The notes below the pieces were generated by a model, which saw only the letters and a program-made list of their open reading frames with translations, ran no database searches and had not been told where the DNA came from. Shown here in pieces: positions 50,938 through 63,916 of a stretch of DNA of 64,000 nt. A program made the translations under genes and the position numbers. Within the stretch, counting starts at the first letter, position 1; each line of letters starts with the position of its first letter. Origin of the DNA: Oikopleura dioica (Eukaryota; Animalia; Chordata); assembly GCA_907165135.1 (NCBI GenBank), contig OU015567.1:12338001-12402000 (forward strand), given 5' to 3'.

Positions 50938-53093
50938 ATGCACAAAAATGAATACAGGCCTCCAGATAGAAGCCGAAAACAGAGGTTTCTCACAGAAGAT
51001 GAGATCAAGAAGGGCAAGAAATCGAAATGGACTGAGTTAGAAATAACAGGTAGTTACGCCAAAGAGACGCTATTCCCACAATCCTTCATTTCGCCCCTAA
51101 ATTTTGGCCAAATCTTAGGGGACATTAGGATCATTTGAATGAATATGAGCGTTTTTTCTCTGCTAAAGCTCAAACTAAGGACCTGTGCGTGCCCTAAGCC
51201 CAGCACTATGGAATCTTCATCACCTGACTGCTCTTTATTTGAACGATAACTATCTTCAACGGCTGCCAGCAGAGGTAAATTAACCTTTCCTCCATGGACC
51301 TAGTAGTGTTTAAGGTGTGCCTTCTCACCAATCTTCTTCATCTCGACCTTAGTTCAAATAAGCTCCGCTCGCTTCCTTCGGAACTGGGAAACATGCTCCA
51401 TCTTCGTGAATTGCTGCTAAACCACAATCAGCTCAGGTACCATCTTCAAAGCGAGTTTCTTTCTAACCGCGTTTTAGAGTTCTTCCATACGAGCTCGGTC
51501 GACTGTTCCAGCTTCAGAAGCTCGGGCTAGACAGTAACCCGCTGCAGCCCGAGATCTACGAAATTTGGTGCCAACCTAATGGAACAAGCGAGCTCATTCG
51601 CCATCTGCTGGACAATATGCCGCATCCGATGGAGCAGCCACAGCGCCAATGGATTAGCCTCGAGGAGCCATCTAATCCGTACGTACTCTTTTTGGCTAGC
51701 TAACGTTTGAATGCTTATTAGGACATCTTGTTTATTCTCTGTTATGTGTTACAACGTACTGAGCGACAAGTACTGCACAAGACAAATGTACGGATACAGC
51801 CCGAGTTGGTGCTTGAGATGGGAGCACCGCCAACGCCTGATTTTCGATGAGATTTACACTTATGCTGCCGATGTCCTTTGCCTCCAGGTCTTCATATAAT
51901 TTTCCGAGAACTTGATTTGGTAACTGTTTTTTTTCCAGGAAGTTGAGACATGCGAATTCAACAACACTTTCTTGCCCGAATTGAGAAAGCACGGCTACAT
52001 GGGCGTCTTCTCCCCGAAAAGCCGGGCGAAAACAATGATCGAGTCTGAATCCCAAAATGTCGACGGCTGCGCTATATTCTGGAAAACGGAGAAATTCTTG
52101 GTAGGAGATTAAAGTTATCTTCCTGTACTAATCTTTTTTCCACTTTTCAGCTTTTGGAAACGCATACGTTCGAGTTTAATCAACTGGCGATTAAAAATTC
52201 AGGCGGCGATCAGGACATTCTCAATAGAGTAATGACAAAGGACAATGTCGCCGTCGCAGTTGTTTTAAAAACATTGAAAGGGCGTAAGTAACGAAGATCC
52301 TCGACAAAAGAAGTATTTAATTTTCCATTCAGCGGATTATCCAGAAGAGGAAACGCAAGAAATCGTTGTCTGCAACACTCACATGCACTGGGATCCCGAA
52401 TTCTCAGATGTTAAAATGATCCAGGCGTTTTTGCTGACCACGGAGCTCGACCGGGTTATTCGTCAAATGGGACGAAAGCCGACCGATGTTCCTGTCATCC
52501 TCTGCGGCGATTACAACTCGTTGCCGACGAGTGGCGTTACCGAGTTCATCAAGGATGGCAAGGTCGACCTCACACATCCGGATTTCCAACGATTCAATTA
52601 CAATAAGAAACTGGTCAAAATGAATCCGAAAAATGGAGAGGTTGATTTTTCAGTCGAAAATGTATCTAAAATGTTAATTAAAAGGTGCGTCCACAGAACG
52701 ACGCGTATCTGAGACATCCGTTCCACTTCAAAGCGAGCTACCTAGCCGAGTTGATGCCCTTCACGAATTATACTTACGATTTCAAGGTATTTCATATTGA
52801 ATTCGCTTCTTTCGTTTTCTCTCGTCGAACGGAGCAGTTTATAAACTGGAAATCCGAGAAAGCTTTTGTTTTCCGATTTTCAAAATCGATGTCAGAACTC
52901 ACACTGCTTTCAGGGCATCATCGACTACATTTACCACTCAACGCCGCATCTAAAAACAATTGGAATCCTCGGTGGCCTGGACGAGACGTACAGACGCAGC
53001 GTTGTTGGCTTCCCGAATCCAGTGATCCCCTCGGACCATTTGTGCCTGCTCTCGGAATTCGAGCTGCTTCCCTCCAGTGTCCGTTTAAAGTGA
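50938..53093 (+). CDS. CNOT6: CCR4-NOT deadenylase subunit CCR4/CNOT6
   Basis: KKSKWTELEI, LRR (LDLSSNKLRSLPSELG), SVMCYNVLSDKY, CLQEVE, NTHMHWDPEFSDVK, LCGDYNSLP, IDYIY, PSDH. Confidence 0.97.
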
Positions 53094-53572
53094 AAAGATC
53101 GAAGCGAAGGAGCCTGCTTGGTTAAAACAAACAAAAATGATTACCGATAGTACCTACTAGAAAGAGTTTAATCTGCTGGAAACGATAACACATACATGCA
53201 TCGAATGTCTGCCAAGTCATTGTTTTTCCCTAATTCTGATGCCCCCATTTTTTCTAAAACAATTAATCACGTTAATTCGCCCCTTCCTCTTCTTTTGCCC
53301 TTGATACCCTTAAGGGTAGACTCCCCTTGTTGCGCAGCAAGACGAAAACGGACACGAGGGGATGACTCGATTGCTCAGCCTTTTTGTGTTTGATTTTTTG
53401 AGTTCTCTTCCTTGATTTCAATCTATGGATTTGCATATACTTTAGTCTGTTTATAACCCCCACTGTAAATTCTAAAGAGGGTATCAAATATTCTCTTTGC
53501 CTTACTAAATATGCCTTCAGTGTAAAAATACTTGTTCTTGTGAAAAATCTGCCGCTGGCGGCGCTCTAAAAT

Positions 53573-53587
53573 CGCGCAAAATTTGAA
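53573..53587 (+). promoter_or_regulatory. CDE/CHR-like element with no assigned gene
   Basis: CGCGC-aaaa-TTTGAA preceded by GC-rich GCCGCTGGCGGCGC. Confidence 0.3.
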
Positions 53588-56046
53588 ATTGAAATTTCAA
53601 GACTCGCCTTTTTAGAATAATAGTTTTTTCTAGCTTGATGTATCAATTTTGATTATTTTCTGTTTTTGCATTTATATATATCTATTTGCATAATATATAT
53701 ACATTGTAAACATAAATTCTTGTCGATTTTATATATAAAAGGGCTCCTCCTTATTTTCATTTCATTTTGCGGCGCAATGGTGTGTTTAGGGTTAATTTTT
53801 CCCAAATCGATTTTCCGCGTTCTCTCCTGCCGCATTACTATCTGAAATTTACAATTACAGTAACCCAGTTTGCTTGAATGCTTTCTGAACCATTCCAAAC
53901 GAGTTCTGTTTCCAAAAAATTAAGAAAAACAAACTGCGGCTCGAGCGTTCGCTTTGAGATAGCTCAACAAAGTGACTCCAACTTAATCCTGCCTTCTTTA
54001 CATTTTGTTCGTTGACTGTAATTCTGCTCTGAATTTTCTTCTTTCTTGGGCTATTTACATTTTAATTTTATTCTTCGTTCTCTTATTTACTTCATACTTT
54101 AATTTTATCTATTCAACCGTTTGTTCCCGACACAAATCGAAGGAAAACCAAAAATCATAAAATCTTCATTGTGAATTTGACTAAATTTGTAAATCAGATC
54201 ACACTGCCTTTTTTTTCTTTCACGGACACTTATTCCAGAAATCGTAAAATCAAAAAAACCCTTCTTTCAAAAACCCATTCTTAAAAATGTGCAATCTTTC
54301 GAAAAAAAAAGAAGAAAAATAAAAGAAACATTTATCCAGTTTTATTCCTAAACCATTCTTTTTTCAGTTTTTATAATTATTCCAACGTTTTTTGTTTTAA
54401 AACTCTTAAGTTACCTACTCCCTGTTTTAAGTTTATAGAGCTTCTTTACGGGCTGCTGATGCTTTTTCGCCTGTTATATGTAGAAATTTTTTTGATGACA
54501 AGGTTTCCTAGATGACAACTCAGGGTCTTCAGTTTTTATATTGCATTTCTGATGACAATAATAATACCGCGGCAAATTCTTCAGTAGACTAATAAGTGAG
54601 ATATTGTTAATTTTCTGTAAGTGATGACTGTAATAAACTAATACAGGGGTCCCCATTTTAACGGACTTAAAATCTCTGAGATGGTGCCCATCTTGGCAAT
54701 TTTTCTTGCTGCAGGTTAACATTATTTCCGAAATAATTTTATTAAATCCGTTAAAATGGGGGCATCCTAGAGAAACATTTAGAATCATTCAATTCATTCA
54801 TGATTTTAGTTTAGGTTTTCTTTTTGACTTTATCTTTTGGAGTCAAATTTAGCTTGAGAAAAGCATCAGCAGAGCGGAAATGCAGCTCTCCAGTATTATT
54901 ATCATTTTTGTCCATTTTTCATTCAACATCCAACTTCTCTTATAATCTCCTATTCATCCCTTTTTTCTTACTTTTTCCATAACTTTCAATCCGTTTGTAT
55001 GTCTAGTTCAAAGGTCCGTATGGATAAAAGCAAAGTAAAATATAAACAGCAATATAAAAATCAATGTGTCAAATTTTATTATTTACTGCGCAATTCAATT
55101 TTCAAAAATGTGAGATTAAGGTTTTATGAGCTCTAGTACCTAGTAGTAAGTTATCGAGGCTACTATTCATCAGCTTTAACCAGAGGTAATTTTTAACAAA
55201 GTGATGTTTTTTAGAATGGACTTTTTCGGTTATGAAATCGTCAATAAATAACAGTAAACAGGTACGTCTTTTTACGCAAATTGAAACTTCTCGCAAATGG
55301 CAAATTTTCATGGAAGGAAAAATTAAGGGTCTAACCTCAATTAGGGAAAAATTAATAAAAGAAAAACTCGTCAGAAGAACATTTTATTAGCTTCGTTCTA
55401 TTTTATTTGCCAAGATTTAATTTGAATCGATTTTATTTGACTAAATCCACTTCAAGTCTGTTTTTCGCCAAAAGCTCTTTTGTGACCATGTTATTTGCAG
55501 AGTTCGAAATTCTAGTTTTCGTCAGATCGACAAGATACTAATAAATAACAGTGAGTCAGTCGAGCCATCTTCAGAAATATTTGGCATTCTTTCTTTTTTC
55601 TATTATTTTTTCTGCACTCCACAGAAAAGGGGGCGCGTGCCTGGGCGATCAAGACGAAAACACATGAAAAAAGTGGATAAAGAACAAAAAAGACTAACAT
55701 CGAGATTAGAATGAGCCAAGTCCGCCAGAGCAAGTCAGATAACTCCTTGAGGAAGGAAGATCACGAAGATGGAGATTTGGCACAGGAACGACTAATTAAA
55801 TCGTTGAAATTCAACTCGTAAAAGAATCGTTATGAAGGTCACTCAGACAAGTTAGAAGTTACGCAACCATTATTCGTACAAAAGGTCTGAAAAAGCGAGT
55901 TGTCAATACTGACTTTCGATTAAATCAGCATTTTTATGAATTAATATTTGTTCAGAGCTCGCTTTTTCGATATTATCCAATTTTTCTTTATAAATAGCAA
56001 TAACGTATTGCAATAATTGTGCATCAAAGATGATGAAACCTTTAAT

Positions 56047-56764
56047 CAGAGTTTGAAATTTTCGTGACTCGCGAGCGGCTCACTTGAGAGCGAGCGAGCA
56101 CGAGCATGATGCTCTTTGTGCTCCCGAGCACATTTATTTCAGGGCTCGTGCTCTTTGCGCTCGCGAGCGCATTTCATTTCGCGCTCTCGCTCTCTTGGCT
56201 CTCGAGCACTGGTCGAATCGTGCTCTCGCTCGATCGGCTCTCGAGCTGAAAAATCTGACTCGCGAGCAGCTTTCAAGGGCCTTAAATGATTCGGCGGCCC
56301 CGTGACTAATTCCATATGAGTCCCTGTCACAGGAGTTAGCACCTCGCGGTGGGCATGTTTTATCTGTTTACTCTCGGCTTTTCGCATTCTGCTGCCGAGA
56401 TTACAGACCTAATGAAGCTTACATAAAACCGAAAACAACAGAAATAGATTCTCAAAGAAATTTATTTATGAAAGTGAATAATTATGCGAAAAAAATATTC
56501 TTTTAATTTTGCTCGCGAGCCGCTCGTGAGTCAATTCCATGGCGAGCACGAGAGCAGCCGCTCCCGCTCGTCTAGCTCCCGAGCATTGCCGACATATGCG
56601 CTCGTGCTCTCTGCGCTCGCGAGCGGTTTCAAATTTGGGCTCGTGCTCTTTTGGCTCTCGAGCCAACTCATTTTCATGCTCCCGCTCCCCTGCTCTCAGA
56701 GCAATGATAAATTTTTGCTCTCGCTCTTTTCGCTCGCGAGCATTTGCGAGCATTTCAAACTCTG
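56047..56764. mobile_element. hAT-type MITE, 8-bp TSD
   Basis: TIR CAGAGTTTGAAAT / ATTTCAAACTCTG; perfect TSD CCTTTAAT (56039-56046 and 56765-56772); subterminal GCTCGCGAGC/GCTCTC arrays; 718 bp. Confidence 0.92.
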
Positions 56765-57968
56765 CCTTTAATCATAAAGTCTTTCCAATTATAGTCATTG
56801 GAAGTGGGTTATTTCAACTTTTTTCGTATGATAAATACTGGTACAGTGTTGGTCGAACTGGTATTGCTAGGTTTTTCTTTATATCTTATTGACTGATTGT
56901 TTTTCTTTGTCAATCTTGATGACTCTAACAAAAAAGGTCGTTATGTAACTAGTAGCTTGTTTGACTGGGCTAAATAGCGATGATCGCCCTTTTATGACTG
57001 TAGCAATTAAGCGCTGCCATTAATTAGGCGAGTATAAGTGCGAGAAGCAAGGCTGGAAGCATGGATCAATGGAGCGCGGCCTCAACGACGGCTCCACGGG
57101 ATCGACAATCAGCCGCAGTCAAGAGATAGAAGACCTCACGGTAGGAGCATTCTGATCCATTGATGATGCTTGTTTTACATCGAAAATGCGCTTTAGGGCA
57201 AGATATTCAACGATCATCTTTTTGGAATTTCGAAATTGAATTATTATTAGTAGCATTTTATTGACAAGAGAATTGCTAATTTCAACTGAGAATAACTGAC
57301 TATTTAGACGATTCTTCAAACATGTGGATATGTAAGCATCAGTAGAGAAAGCAAAAACAAAAAATAAAACAAGAATCAGAGGCTTTTAGTACCCTAGAAA
57401 ACTGATAATCAGATCAAACTAACAACTTACAAAAGATTAACAAAGAATTTTAATCCCATATTTACCCGTTATTCGTGTATATTCTCAAATATTTGGCGAA
57501 CACACGAACTGAGCAGGGGTCAACAGTTGACTCAACTCAAAGCTAGTGTATTTTTGTAAAAATTTGAACGCTAGTTTTTCAGAAAACCGACAATTCTTCA
57601 CAAAACCGCTTGTCCAGCTCTCTTTCTGACTCAGGTAAGCCACTGTAGTAGTACGGGTACTGACTGACTTGAAAACATAAAAATCTAAACATGGCCTTAG
57701 GCGTGTTGCTAAGCCTTCTTTGTGTCATTAGCACCCCTTTTTCATTTTCCCATTTCTCTCATTTTTGTATCCTGACCTGGCCCAACTTTCAAAAAGTCTC
57801 TTCTTTTTCTATAAAAAGAGCCACTTACGAGTATTACTCATGTCAAAGTGATATACAAGAGGTCTTCAGAATCCACAAGAAAGACAAGAATAATCTTTTG
57901 ATAAAGAAGTAGAGCGCGAGAGCTTTTTTTCATAATCGCGCAACAGAGAAAGAGAAAGAAATCGAAGC

Positions 57969-60103
57969 ATGAAGTCCATGCTCAAGTTGCTGCCGCATCT
58001 GAGGCCTGACAGTCAAAGGGTAGGTTTGAAATCATAAAGGAGTACGTCTTCTTCGGGCATTCAAATTTACTCCGCTTTAGAATTTAACTAATATTTACTT
58101 CGTAAAGCTTAAAGTTCATTCTGAAAGTAACATCGTCTAAATTTGCCAAATATGATTCTTGCAAGGGCGTGAAGGGTGAGTAAAGTGCGAAACAAATTAG
58201 ACTTTTGAACCTTACGGCCCATTTTTTCGATCATATGATCGTTTAAAATCAATTCTAAATGTCAATCCTTCATCAGAAACTCAATGAGTGGCTCGCCAAA
58301 AGAATCGAAAAAGAAAGCCAGATCAGTTTCGGAATCCAACCACAGTCACGTTTTAGAATTTTTTCTATATTTTCTGTCGTTGATTTTCCTCTCTAAAACA
58401 CTTGAAACAGACGGCGACATTCCATGCGTGAGTCTGCCTCCTCCAGCGCTTCTTCTTCAAAGTCAAATACAAAAGGCCTTTTGGGTTCATGCTCATCAAT
58501 ACTTCTGAAGCATTCTCGGTTTTATTTGTTTCAATCTTTTGAATCCGAACAAGTGCGTCCACGGCGAATGTCAAGTTCAGAAGCAGAAGGAGTTCCTCTT
58601 ATCATTCCGCAAATTCATCGACTGACATTACCGACTGGAAAGGCTCCAAAAAGTATCTGAACAGATTTTTTTCAGTCAGTCAGTACCGAAAAATTGATTC
58701 CGAGCGTTGATTTATCGAGTTAATGCTTCATTTGTAGAAAACGAGTCAGCTGATGAAGTTAAATCAAGCACAAGTTCGACATATTCTGACCACCCACCCA
58801 CTCTCGCTCTGAGCAGTTCTAGCGATAATCTCATGTCAAGTAAGTCTGCGTTAATTCATGCTTATTTTTATCTTCGAAATAAAAATTGACCTATCTTCAG
58901 AATCTCCCGATGAGGACATCCATGTCTACGCCAACTTCATGAAGGAGCATGATTGCTACTCACTTATTCCTACTTCCTCAAAGATTGTCATTTTCGATAC
59001 TCGCTTGCCCGTCAAGAAGGCCTTTTTTGCGCTGGTTGCAAATGGTTTGAGGGCAGCGCCACTATGGGACTCTGATCAGGGTCAGTTTGTTGGCATGTTG
59101 ACTATTTCCGACTTCATTAGGTACTGTCTTATCGACCCCATAACCCAAGTTTTTTTTACCCTTATCTAATTGGTATTTTTAGTATTCTTCAAACATATTA
59201 CCGATCGCCAATGCGCAGGATGCATGAGCTCGAAGACCATTTAATCGAAACCTGGAGAAAACTTCTATTAGAGCGTAAACTCGCCAAACCAGACGAACGG
59301 CCCACTTTATCAAAGAATATTGGCATGGTTCAGATCGGACCTGATGCTAGGTAATCAGTTCTCCACTAACTAGACTGTAATTGAGTTTCAGCTTATTTGA
59401 AGGATTGGAAATGCTAGTAAAGAATAAGATTCACAGGTTACCGATCATCGACCCCAAATCTGGAAATGCTTTGTATATTTTAACGCACAAGAGGATACTG
59501 AGATTTCTTTCATTTTGCGTAAGTGCACTTATACATATTTCTTGGTCAATCCGTTAAGTTCGAATCGCCCGACGTAAAAATGCCCAGCTTTATGAAGAAA
59601 ACGCTAGAAGAGACGCAGATTGGAACGTTTGGCAAGATCCACACGATTCAACCGTCGACGCCAGTTATCGCAGCTCTTTGCTTATTCGTTGAAAATAGAG
59701 TGTCAGCTTTGCCAATCGTAAATGAAAACGGAGAAGTGATTGATATTTATGCCAAATTTGATGCAATCGTAAGCCACAAAATGAGTCTAACTAGTATTGA
59801 TTTTTCCCTAGAACTTAGCCGCAACGCGATCGTATCATAACCTCGATGTCACAGTTCAAGACGCGCTTAGTCACAGAGAGGGAAGACCAGAAGGTGTTAC
59901 TACATGTGTCCTCTCAAATACCGTAGAAGAAATAACAAAGAAACTTGTAAAAGCCGAGGTAAGCGGCCCACCAACTTTGTCGTTTACCAAAATCTTAGGT
60001 TCACCGCTTGGTGGTAGTCAACGCAGAAAAGCAACCGATCGGTATTCTATCGCTATCGGATTTACTGTCGAAAATTGTCTTGGCGCCAGAGAAATTAAAC
60101 TAA
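57969..60103 (+). CDS. PRKAG: AMP-activated protein kinase gamma subunit with N-terminal extension
   Basis: [97 protein letters not shown] (four CBS domains). Confidence 0.95.
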
Positions 60104-60270
60104 AACGAAACTTTCTATAAATACTGCTTTCAATGTATTGTATCTTGAACCATTTGTTGAAAATATACTGATAACTTCTTTCATTCAAAAATACGAAAGT
60201 GTTTATTTTTTTAGCAGTGAAGGTATTACTGGCAGTTGTTGAATAAATATCAAATTTGCAAGATTTAGGT

Positions 60271-61681
60271 TTATACAAAGTCGTAGAATTCTTCTGAAAT
60301 TGTGTAGCCAAATGCATCGAAATCAGTTTTATATAGCGTGTAAAGGTTTTCTAGCGTATCTCGGCCGATTCCCTTGTAGTATTCTAGCAGGGAGGCATAA
60401 CTACAGATACGGATTGAATCAGACATTTCGGCATCCCGGTGTCGTACGGTATGACTCATACCTTTTTGTTCGGTACCCAGTCGGATACTCTGTTAGCTCG
60501 GAAACATTCATTGCATTCAACACATACTCCACATCGGCATTCAGCGTGTCCATCTTTCCAATAAAATCATATTCAACGGAGCAAAAGTCGCAGAGATACA
60601 TAAACGAGGACCAGTGCCTTTTTCTTTGACCAGGTTGACGCGGCAAACCAGACTCTTTTGTAAGGCTTATTTTCAAGTCGAGAGGTCTGAGCAAGAAATA
60701 TTTTTCAAACATTTATTGAGCCTGTTCCTATGAGATTTCTCACAAATTTGTGAAACTGCTCATGTTTCCAATTTTCGTCCTTGAACTCGGGCTTGCTCTC
60801 GTACAGTTTTTCGACCTTTAGGAATGATGAAATCACGTCGCCGCTAAATGCCAGCTTTGAGGAATGATGCTTACCTTGTCTCTATACGCCGAGAGAAGTC
60901 GCTCAAGCGGGTGCCGAACGAACGAGAATTTATAAAATGTCTCCAGATATTCGATTTGCTTCTCTTTCGGATAGGTGTTGAGATATCTATAGCCATTGTC
61001 ACCCTTTTTGCCATGAGGAGAGTGGATATTTTCCCATTTCATTTTTCCAAAAGTATCGGGTTGAATAAGTTTCAGCAGCGTCTTCTTCCAATTCGTACAG
61101 CCAGTTTTCGGTAGCTCGCAGTATAAAATCTTGTGTCTTTCATCCACCACGAATCGAAGGTTGTATGGCCCGAGTGTTTCTGATTCTACTTTCTCTAAGA
61201 GATGAGTATTGTCTTGATGATCTTCCGGTAAAGAATCACATATTCTTTTCTTTAGCGCTTTTCTTTCGGTATAAATTTTCTCCCAATCGAAGAGGTCCAA
61301 ATGTTCAGTCTCTGTCGACGTTCCAAGAGGGTCTTCTCTAAATAAACTTAAAAAGAATGCAAACTTTCACGAATCTCCGATCATTTACAAAATTAACCGG
61401 TGTTTTTAGTCACGGTAAATTCCCCTCCAGCGCACTTACAAAAATGATTTTTTCTTCACGGTGACCGGGTTTCTGAACGCTTCATAGCCGAGTATTTTCT
61501 CTAGGTCCCCGATGTAGAAAAATGCCACAAGGAAAAATAAGAGGCCGAGAAAAACGTGGATTTTATCTGCTTTTGACATTGTGAGGAATCTCTGGTTTTG
61601 TTGAGGAGCGCTTGTTTTGACCTTTCGGAAAGGGATGAATACCGACCAGTTCACCCTCTGGGCATTAGAAGCGTAACGCAT
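60271..61681 (-). CDS. Carbohydrate sulfotransferase (Sulfotransfer_2, CHST8-14 family)
   Basis: Type II TM anchor, 5'-PSB ILYCELPKTGCTNWK, 3'-PB FSFVRHPLERLLSAYRDK, HWSSFMYLCDFC..YDFIGK, LYKTDFDAFGY. Start at 61681 or 61579. Confidence 0.92.
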
Positions 61682-62136
61682 CGTGTTATTTTTCTCCGAG
61701 GAGTTTTCATGAAATTAGTTTGTTCCCTTCACGCAATAAGTTTTATATTTTATCTGCATCGTTTTCAAATTTCTAGTCAACTTCGATTTTTAATCCTATT
61801 TTCCGAATACCCTTGAACACACGTGACGCGCAGACTCGTATAATTTCATTTACTGGATTCCTTCTAACTCTGAAGAAATTCACTTCTACGCGACTTGATT
61901 CTGTTGTTATTTCAAATTGAAATTTGGAAATTCCAATTGTTAGAAACAAAGTTCGACAAGTGAGCTGGACAGAAGAAAAAAGGTTTTGTTTTACTTTTGT
62001 GTCAGCTCCGGATATTTTGCAACAGCTTATCAGTAGCTGCCTGGAGTACTGGGCAAATACACTTGAGTAATCATGGTCGCTGTTTTAGAACGAGGAGTTT
62101 CGCGAAATTTATTCTCAATTTCAGAACACTGACAGA

Positions 62137-62413
62137 TCAGAACCAGTACATGTAGTCACTGGGGTTGCCCCTCACTTCCATCTGCCGCTGGTAAAAATTT
62201 CTTGGTCGAGCGGAAGGCGGTGGACTTTTGAGACTCACATCTTGTGAGAATGTAGCGAGTTCTGGTTGGGAGAGAAATTTTTCAAGTGCTTCTTGTAGGC
62301 TTCCTAAAGTAATAGCTTTTTGAGACGTTCAAACTTTTTGTATTTTTAATGAAAACTTCTTCTATCTTACCATGGACTTGAGCCCCAATTGCAAGAACAA
62401 ATAAAAATCTCAT
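62137..62413 (-). CDS. Small secreted peptide precursor (69 aa)
   Basis: Exons 62413-62371 and 62303-62137 (67-nt GTAAG..TTTAG intron): MRFLFVLAIGAQVHGSLQEALEKFLSQPELATFSQDVSLKSPPPSARPRNFYQRQMEVRGNPSDYMYWF*. Not in the ORF track. Confidence 0.72.
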
Positions 62414-62705
62414 TTCTTATTTCGTTTCCTTTATCTTAATTGGAAAACGGTCTGGTCCTTTTATAGTCTCCAGACATCTTGTGGCGATCCAGTGAATAAT
62501 AGTTGCTTATTTATTTATAAAAGAAAAGTATCCCTACTTAGCCCGATATTGAAACTTTTGACTTGCTGAATTTAAATTGAATTTGGCGGAGACCGAAGCA
62601 ATTCTTTAGCTTTCAATAATTTATAAATAATCTTAAATTTGAAGAAGACACATACGGCGGTGTGAATTTATTAATTTTGTCTGTCAGGCTTTTCTCGATC
62701 GCTTT

Positions 62706-63916
62706 TTAGATCACAGATTCTGCTTCTTCGTCTTCTAAAATTTCATAAAAATGCTCCGGCGGGGTCGCCTGAAAACAGCTGCCATAATGTCTTGCTATCA
62801 GCAAGAAATTGAACATCATCATTGGAAGAAGCCAAAGAAAAATTTGGCTGATTTCTACTCCCCTCACGCGCTTGTTGTATCTTAATTTTTGATTTGGTCG
62901 TGTTTTTTGTATAAACTCACTGATTGAAGTCATAGTCGGAAAGAATATTTATCTTCCGGAGCAGCAGCATCAAACTAGAATATTTTTAATTAATTAGAAA
63001 GAGAAAAAACTATGCTTGGGTCGACAAAGGTCATCATTGAAGCTCCCTTTGGGCCGACTAATCTTTTCTTTGATTCACAGACTTACCATAAAATGATGCA
63101 GACAAAATACCACAATGGGATGATCCAACTTTTCAAATAAAGAATCTCCCCGTTCGGAGTTCTTCTAATAAGCACAAAAATAACGAGCCCTAGAACCAAA
63201 TGCAACGAATAAAGAACGCATGTAAAATGCCAGAAGAGTAGCGAGGGCGCGAGATCTTCTGGCGAATGGGAAATCTTGAGCCCTTGGAATTCTATGAAGT
63301 GACCGACGCGGCCTGTTTCGAGGTTAAAATGACTTCAGCGCGGGTTCTAGCCGTTTTTATGGTAAAAATTTATGTTCCGATCTAACTATCGATAATATCT
63401 TTGGACGAACAAGGTGTTCAGAAAAGACGTCTTTTCGTTAGACAATTATTCGAAATCGAATTATTTCTTCTTTTTTTAATTCAATGCGCCTTCGATTTTC
63501 AATGCTCTTCCTGTTACCACTGCCAATAACAAGGATAATGTAGTGTAAGGAAACCATTTACGCCAATTGGCCTTGTAAAAATCCATTCTGCACTAGTTCT
63601 CTATTTCGCTGAATAATTATCAGATTTGATTTATTCCGAAAGAACGCGTAATTACGCAAATAGAGCGTAAACGCTCCGTTTGTTTGAGCCCCAGAAGTGT
63701 CCATTTCTACTTCTATTTTCAAGTCTGGTACTTTTTAACGCACTGATCCAAGTGTCGATTGAAATATGAGCTGTGGAAGTTGTCCCACGAAATTGAGATC
63801 GCTGACTCTCGCCGATTCTTCATAAAAATCAAATCTTCTTTTTCTCCGTCAATTTTTCGAGGATCGCGGCGGTGGCGCTCGCGAGCAATCATGAAATTTT
63901 CCACCTTGAAAAGCAT
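62706..63916 (-). CDS. Unidentified multi-pass membrane protein, 3' part
   Basis: Hydrophobic frames LLFWHFTCVLYSLHLVLGLVIFVLI and WIIPLWYFVCIILW (ending at GTAAG), and IFLWLLPMMMFNFLLI in the terminal ORF. Upstream ORF 63719-63916 probably belongs to it. Confidence 0.45.

Noticed and set aside
56084-56892. Overlapping R/E/A-rich ORFs on both strands
   Set aside because: Translations of the GCTCGCGAGC arrays in the hAT MITE.
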